Of a stretch of DNA of 64,000 nt, positions 59,278 to 64,000 are shown in pieces. Source of the DNA: an uncultured Bacillales bacterium (GTDB lineage: Bacteria; Bacillota_I; Bacilli_A; RFN20; CAG-449); assembly GCA_945873815.1 (NCBI GenBank), contig CAMCEE010000009.1:218-64217 (forward strand), in the 5' to 3' direction. Numbering within the stretch: position 1 is the stretch's first letter; every line of letters starts with the position of its first letter. The notes under the pieces are model-generated. The model saw only the letters and a list, made by a program, of their open reading frames with translations. It had not been told where the DNA came from and did no database searches. A program made the position numbers and the translations under genes.

Positions 59278-60390
59278 CTAATTATTTATAAGAACGATTT
59301 TATTCCCATCGTTTACTATTCTATCATCTTTAATTTTTAAACGTGGAGATATGATACAATTCTTTATTACAGCATTTTTTCCAATCTTTACTCCTGGCAT
59401 AATGACGGAATTTTCAACTATTGTACCTTCCCCAATTTCTACACCATCAAATATTACAGAATGAGTTACTTTTCCATATATTATTGATCCTTGATTGACC
59501 ATTGAGTTTTTTATTGATGCATTAGAACCGATATATTGAGGTAAACTCTTGGTATCCTCTGTATAAATCTTAAATCCTGAAAAATGATTATATAGATCTA
59601 AAGCTTCGTCATCATCAATCAAATCCATATTTGCGCGCCATAACGATTCGATAGTTCCAACATCCCTCCAATATCCATAGAATGGATAACCAAATACTCT
59701 CTTATTTTTATTTAGTAAATAAGGAATTACATGCTTTCCAAAATCAAGTGTTCCGATTTCTTTTGATAATTTATTTAAAACATCTTTCATCGTTTTATAT
59801 TTAAAACAATATATACCCATAGATGCCATTTTTGAAGTTGATTCTTTTGGCTTTTCGATGAATGTTTTCAAACGATAATTTTCATCAAGCGTCAATATAC
59901 CGAATCTTGAAACATCCTTTTCGTCTACTTCAAGGCAAGTAATTACTAAATCTGCATCTTCTTTAATCGCAAAATGAAGAACCTTATCATAGTTCATCTT
60001 ATATATATGGTCGCTTGAAAGAATCATAACGTATTCTGGATCAATACTTTCCAAATAATCAAGGTTTTGGAAAACAGCGTCTGCAGTACCTTCGTACCAG
60101 TGATTTCCATCTTCTTTTTGACGTGGAGATAAAATAGAAAACTGACAATTTGATCCATCGAATCCCCAATGATGACCGCTCGAACAGTAATTTGTTAATT
60201 CAACTGATTCATATTGTGTTAAGATGCCAACTTGACGTACTCCAGAGTTTGCACAATTTGAAAGAACAAAATCAATAATACGATATTTTCCACCAAAGTT
60301 TACCGCCGGTTTAGAAGTCTTCTTCGTCAATCCCTCTAATCTTGTTCCTTTTCCACCTGCTAAAACAAGTGCTACCATTTCCTTTCCCAT
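59278..60390 (-). CDS. glgC: Glucose-1-phosphate adenylyltransferase
   Basis: LAGGKGTRLEGLTKKTSKPAVNFGGKYRIIDFVLSNC and a C-terminal left-handed beta-helix. Confidence 0.93.
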   Translation of the reverse strand: MGKEMVALVLAGGKGTRLEGLTKKTSKPAVNFGGKYRIIDFVLSNCANSGVRQVGILTQYESVELTNYCSSGHHWGFDGSNCQFSILSPRQKEDGNHWYEGTADAVFQNLDYLESIDPEYVMILSSDHIYKMNYDKVLHFAIKEDADLVITCLEVDEKDVSRFGILTLDENYRLKTFIEKPKESTSKMASMGIYCFKYKTMKDVLNKLSKEIGTLDFGKHVIPYLLNKNKRVFGYPFYGYWRDVGTIESLWRANMDLIDDDEALDLYNHFSGFKIYTEDTKSLPQYIGSNASIKNSMVNQGSIIYGKVTHSVIFDGVEIGEGTIVENSVIMPGVKIGKNAVIKNCIISPRLKIKDDRIVNDGNKIVLINN

Positions 60391-60401
60391 ATATTTTCCT
60401 C

Positions 60402-61328
60402 CTAATTAACTAAATATGAATATAAATCCACTATTTCATCTAATAATTCCGTAAATAATTCGACTTTTTTATCCATCGTATTAAAAGCAATTGGAGAAAA
60501 TAGATTATCAGATAATTTAAGTTCCCAACCATTTATTAATACAAAATATAGGTGATCCTCTAAAGTAACTCTAATGTTTACTCCAGTAAATTCTTTTAAT
60601 GAAATCATCGTTTTTAGTACGTTTTCATTGACAATTTGATAAGTATCTCTCCCAAATGAAGAATTAGCATATATATCATATGGGTATTTTCTCGTATCTT
60701 GGAAATTGTATTGGAAAATACCTTTCTCATTATATTCTTCAATCGTATATTGATTATCAAATTGTAAAGTAAGATAACCATTTAATCCCTTATTCACCCG
60801 TGATTTTATTAGTAATGAATAATCCTTTCTTCTATGCATAAACGAATAGAATTGATAGAAATCCATCTCTAATAAACTTTTAAATGTGAATAAATGCGTT
60901 CTTTCAACATTTTTTAGATTATATGATTTATAAATCAATTCTAAATCATTACTTTCATCTAATCTCCTCTTATTCTGTATGTATATCTCATTTAACCTTA
61001 ATTCATCATAGAGGAGACCCATAAATCTTTCTCCATATTTAGAATTGTTTTTATAATAAATTATAGAAGTTAAAACGATTAAAACAATCGATAGAATTGA
61101 ACATAAAACAACAACAATAATAGTTTGAATAAATTCATTATTTGAATAAAGAAACGACAATTTATCAAGGAAGAATTCTTTCCAAAAAACGTTATTATAG
61201 ATAGGAAGAATATATAAGCATCCTATAAAAATAACAAGAAAATACAAAATGAATATATGAAAAATAAATTTCCATAAATATTTTTTTCTTATTCCTTTTA
61301 ATTGTATTGTTGCTTGACTTGTTTCCAT
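60402..61328 (-). CDS. Two-TM membrane protein, possibly DUF3137-like
   Basis: 308 aa with two N-terminal TM helices, then a soluble domain (YDIYANSSFGRDTYQIVNENVLKTMISLKEF...LYFVLING) resembling DUF3137 as I recall it. Only an 11-nt gap to glgC. Confidence 0.4.
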   Translation of the reverse strand: METSQATIQLKGIRKKYLWKFIFHIFILYFLVIFIGCLYILPIYNNVFWKEFFLDKLSFLYSNNEFIQTIIVVVLCSILSIVLIVLTSIIYYKNNSKYGERFMGLLYDELRLNEIYIQNKRRLDESNDLELIYKSYNLKNVERTHLFTFKSLLEMDFYQFYSFMHRRKDYSLLIKSRVNKGLNGYLTLQFDNQYTIEEYNEKGIFQYNFQDTRKYPYDIYANSSFGRDTYQIVNENVLKTMISLKEFTGVNIRVTLEDHLYFVLINGWELKLSDNLFSPIAFNTMDKKVELFTELLDEIVDLYSYLVN

Positions 61329-61463
61329 ATCTTAATTATATAACTAATTAGGATATAAATATATTTATTTCTAGAAAAAAAGAAAAAATAAATGATTTCA
61401 TATATTTTTTCTAATTTTTATGAAAATTAAGTCTATTTTATAGAAAAAACACATAAATTCATT

Positions 61464-61500
61464 ATAAAAAAAGAGATAGGATTGATTATTCACTATCTCT
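61464..61500 (-). terminator. Terminator ending the ATPase/TM-protein transcription unit
   Basis: AGAGATAG (61472-61479) / CTATCTCT (61493-61500), with A runs on both flanks, so it can act on either strand. Confidence 0.75.
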
Positions 61501-61523
61501 AAAAAACTAAATTAATGAATGAA

Positions 61524-61991
61524 TTAAAAATTATCGTCAAATTTTTGTTTCTTTTTCTTCTTTTTCTTATGGAAGAAAATGAATGAAAGAACAAAAAGAA
61601 CAAGATATAGAACAAAGGCAAATATATCACTTTCTATAATGCCAGTATAAATCGTATTTGTTGATGAAATCAATTCTAATAAATAAATGATGCACTCATG
61701 AAATAATTTCATCGGTTTATATAAAGCATCTAACCCGATTAATGCCCCATTAAGAAACGTATTACCAGAGATAAATAGATTTTTTATTGGAGATACATTT
61801 GCAATCAAATATACAGATAATTGAACAGCGAAAGCGATAAACCAAATTGAAGCAAGGAACGATCTAAATCGCGCGATTAATAATGCGATTACAAGTGGAA
61901 TTGATAAAACAAGAAGCGCTCCTAAATAGCTCATTAGATCGCCTGGAGGAGTCACACTAGGTAATTCCATAGTTAATGTAATTATGTTCAT
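61524..61991 (-). CDS. Small four-TM membrane protein with a poly-lysine tail
   Basis: 155 aa ending FFHKKKKKKKQKFDDNF. RBS GAGGTGA. 29-nt gap after the ATPase gene. Confidence 0.5.
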   Translation of the reverse strand: MNIITLTMELPSVTPPGDLMSYLGALLVLSIPLVIALLIARFRSFLASIWFIAFAVQLSVYLIANVSPIKNLFISGNTFLNGALIGLDALYKPMKLFHECIIYLLELISSTNTIYTGIIESDIFAFVLYLVLFVLSFIFFHKKKKKKKQKFDDNF

Positions 61992-62020
61992 TAAATCACC
62001 TCACTTTTAATAATTTAATC

Positions 62021-64000
62021 TTATTTCTTAATTTCAAATAAGTCAACAAATGAACGTCCATTTTGTTTATTAACTAATAAAGTTTTATCAACAACTTTTG
62101 CAATATCAGAGACCTTATCACTAGGTGCGGATAAGATAACTTGCAATCCGAAATTCTTTAATATCTTTACCGATTCTACGATTCTTGTAACATCCATCTT
62201 AGAGAATGCTTCATCAAAAATAACTAATCTAATACAGTTACCTAATGTACCAATTTGTCTTACACGATATAATTGGCTAAATGAAGCAAGGATAGAAACA
62301 TAGAATGGAGTTTGAGTTTCTCCACCAGATTGTTTTAAAATGTTTCTTGCAAGAGAAACTGGCTTTGCATCGCCTTTTTTTACCATCATATCAAAACTTA
62401 AATATGTACGATAATCTGTAAATTTAACAACATTTTGTTCTAATACACTATTTTGATCTTTTGAGGAAGAAACATCTCCAATCAATTTAAATAAGCTGTT
62501 CATAACTTCTTGATATTTGGTAAAGTATTCGTTATTTTCCCCTTCTCCTGTGGAAGTTAATAGTAGATTATCTGTAATCATATTATAATAATCCTTATAT
62601 TGAGGAGCAGGAGTCATTACGAATTGATATGAATCTTGTCCAAATTGAGAATCTTTCAATGCTTCATTAAGTTCATCAATTTGAGTACGAACGCTTTCGA
62701 TACTCGTTTTTAATTTATAGATAAAATCATCTTTGAATTCTTTTGTTGCTTTTGCGTATGCATCAGAAATTTTAGCTTGATATTCAGGAAGTTTAACATC
62801 TCTTAAGATTGAAAGTTCATTATCGAATTCAACATTCGAATCCTTAGTAATATCATATGATAATTTATATGCTAAACAATATTCTCTTCTAAGTTCATTC
62901 ATCGCATTGAATTGTGATCTAATTCTATTTTGTAAACGTAAGAATGAGCTTTCATATTCTTGTCTAATCGCAATTAATGATTTTCCAGAATTGAGTTCTT
63001 CTTCATATTTTTTAAATCCGATATTATTGATAAATTCATCGTCGAATGACATCTTAATTTCATCAAGAATTGAATTAGATTTCTCAATTTCATGCGGAAT
63101 CTTCTCATCTTGAATTTGATGAATATCTTGGCTAATCTTACCTTTTTCAAGAATAAGATTTTGCTTATCTTGTTCGAGGTTCTTAATATCGCTATCTAAT
63201 TTTGCAATCTTTGAATCGATGGAAGAAATCTCTAGTGAACCAGAATTTGCAAGTTCTGCTTCATATCTATCTAGATTCATTCTTAATCCAGGAAGAGTTT
63301 CACAATCTTCCAAGATTAGTTTTGCATTGTCAACTTCATAAGAACTAATGATTTCTAAGTTATTTGCTTTATTTAAGGCATCAACTAAAGCTCTTAATAC
63401 TTCAATAACTGCACCATTTTCTTGTACTTCTAATTCTTTAACACGTAAAACTTCCTTAGAAACTCGACGTCCAATTAATGGGTATTGATAACTTCTTGCA
63501 GGAAGCGTAAATGAAGCGAATGCTCTATATCCATCGCATGAAGGAGTAATACCATTGCCACTTTCTCTTGCTTCTTTAAATGATTCACATTTTTTTAATC
63601 TTCCTAAAAGAAAGTTTGAGTAATCTCTTGCACCTTGATGTTCTGTAACAATTTCTTCTGCTAAAGAATTTTCCTCTTGAACAAATCGTGCATTATGAAG
63701 TTTCTCAGCATCAACTAAACCAGTACGATAATAACCTTTATTCTTCATAATTTGAGGGAGAATCTTATTTGCTGTCTCATAATATTCATTATCGACAAAC
63801 ATATTTAGTTTTTGATTGGAAATGAATCCTTCAATTGCATTAACCCAACGTGGAGTCTTGATATCAACTAAATCGGCATAAATAAGTACACTAACTTCTT
63901 TTCCATAATAATCTGATAATTTATGTTTTAGTTCATCCCTTATGCTTGTTAGATTGTAGTCGTACATTTTCCCACCACGTTCCATATCAAGAATTTGTTG
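62021..64000 (-). CDS. SMC-like ABC ATPase (COG4913 / JetC-MksB-like), 5' partial
   Basis: The reading frame stays open to the window edge (QQILD precedes the listed Met). It has a hinge-like segment (LIYADLVDIKTPRWVNAIEGFISNQKLNMFVDNEYY), about 350 aa of coiled-coil-like sequence, the signature QSGGETQTPFY and Walker B/D-loop RLVIFDEAFSKMD. The N-terminal Walker A head lies outside the window. Confidence 0.55.
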   Translation of the reverse strand, partial: QQILDMERGGKMYDYNLTSIRDELKHKLSDYYGKEVSVLIYADLVDIKTPRWVNAIEGFISNQKLNMFVDNEYYETANKILPQIMKNKGYYRTGLVDAEKLHNARFVQEENSLAEEIVTEHQGARDYSNFLLGRLKKCESFKEARESGNGITPSCDGYRAFASFTLPARSYQYPLIGRRVSKEVLRVKELEVQENGAVIEVLRALVDALNKANNLEIISSYEVDNAKLILEDCETLPGLRMNLDRYEAELANSGSLEISSIDSKIAKLDSDIKNLEQDKQNLILEKGKISQDIHQIQDEKIPHEIEKSNSILDEIKMSFDDEFINNIGFKKYEEELNSGKSLIAIRQEYESSFLRLQNRIRSQFNAMNELRREYCLAYKLSYDITKDSNVEFDNELSILRDVKLPEYQAKISDAYAKATKEFKDDFIYKLKTSIESVRTQIDELNEALKDSQFGQDSYQFVMTPAPQYKDYYNMITDNLLLTSTGEGENNEYFTKYQEVMNSLFKLIGDVSSSKDQNSVLEQNVVKFTDYRTYLSFDMMVKKGDAKPVSLARNILKQSGGETQTPFYVSILASFSQLYRVRQIGTLGNCIRLVIFDEAFSKMDVTRIVESVKILKNFGLQVILSAPSDKVSDIAKVVDKTLLVNKQNGRSFVDLFEIKK

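Noticed and set aside
60402-61328. The 308-aa protein downstream of the SMC-like ATPase as a possible JetD-type nuclease.
   Set aside because: It has two N-terminal TM helices and no Toprim-like acidic motifs. A strong terminator separates it from the ATPase unit, and it appears co-transcribed with glgC instead.
1-64000. Scan for CRISPR arrays, tRNA/rRNA genes, IS elements or transposases, integrases other than xerD, and prophage genes.
   Set aside because: I saw no regularly spaced direct repeats, no tRNA T-loop or acceptor patterns outside coding sequence, and no transposase-like ORFs. The only GGTTCGAAT-like string (about 47444) lies inside parC.

Overview
This is a chromosomal segment of about 30% GC from a low-GC Firmicute that uses the standard genetic code. 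The gene order is strongly Bacillus-like. It includes ybeY-cdd-era-recO, glyQS-dnaG-sigA-trmK, apt-relA, hisS-aspS, asp23-nusB-xseAB-recN-spoIVB-spo0A, xerD-deoB, the yqeG-yqeH-yhbY-nadD/yqeK-rsfS block, parE-parC next to plsY, efp and glgCDA. Sporulation genes are present (spo0A, spoIVB, pro-sigma-K type sigma factor, SpoIIIAH-like, Cse60-like). That fits a spore-forming Erysipelotrichales or Clostridia-like organism, but the taxon is not certain. I found no rRNA, tRNA, CRISPR array, transposase or phage genes.

The strongest non-genic signal is a 28-bp XerC/XerD dif-like site at 40285-40312. It sits in a 357-bp non-coding gap between convergent, terminator-capped genes. Gene polarity flips at the same place: 34 of 36 CDS are on + to the left and 23 of 26 on - to the right. 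The window therefore most likely spans the replication terminus.

Other features found:
- Two T-box leaders (hisS-aspS and leuS).
- An L33 gene too short for the ORF track.
- Several clean intrinsic terminators.

The most accessory-looking content:
- A 5'-truncated SMC/JetC-like ATPase at the right edge, followed by a small membrane protein rather than a nuclease.
- A Lit (DUF1461)-YhhN membrane gene pair.
- A C39-peptidase/ABC-TMD protein with no ATPase domain at the left edge.
- A GGDEF-then-GAF-like protein next to spo0A.
- Lineage-specific lipoprotein genes.

All coordinates and motif counts were derived by hand. No database search was run.
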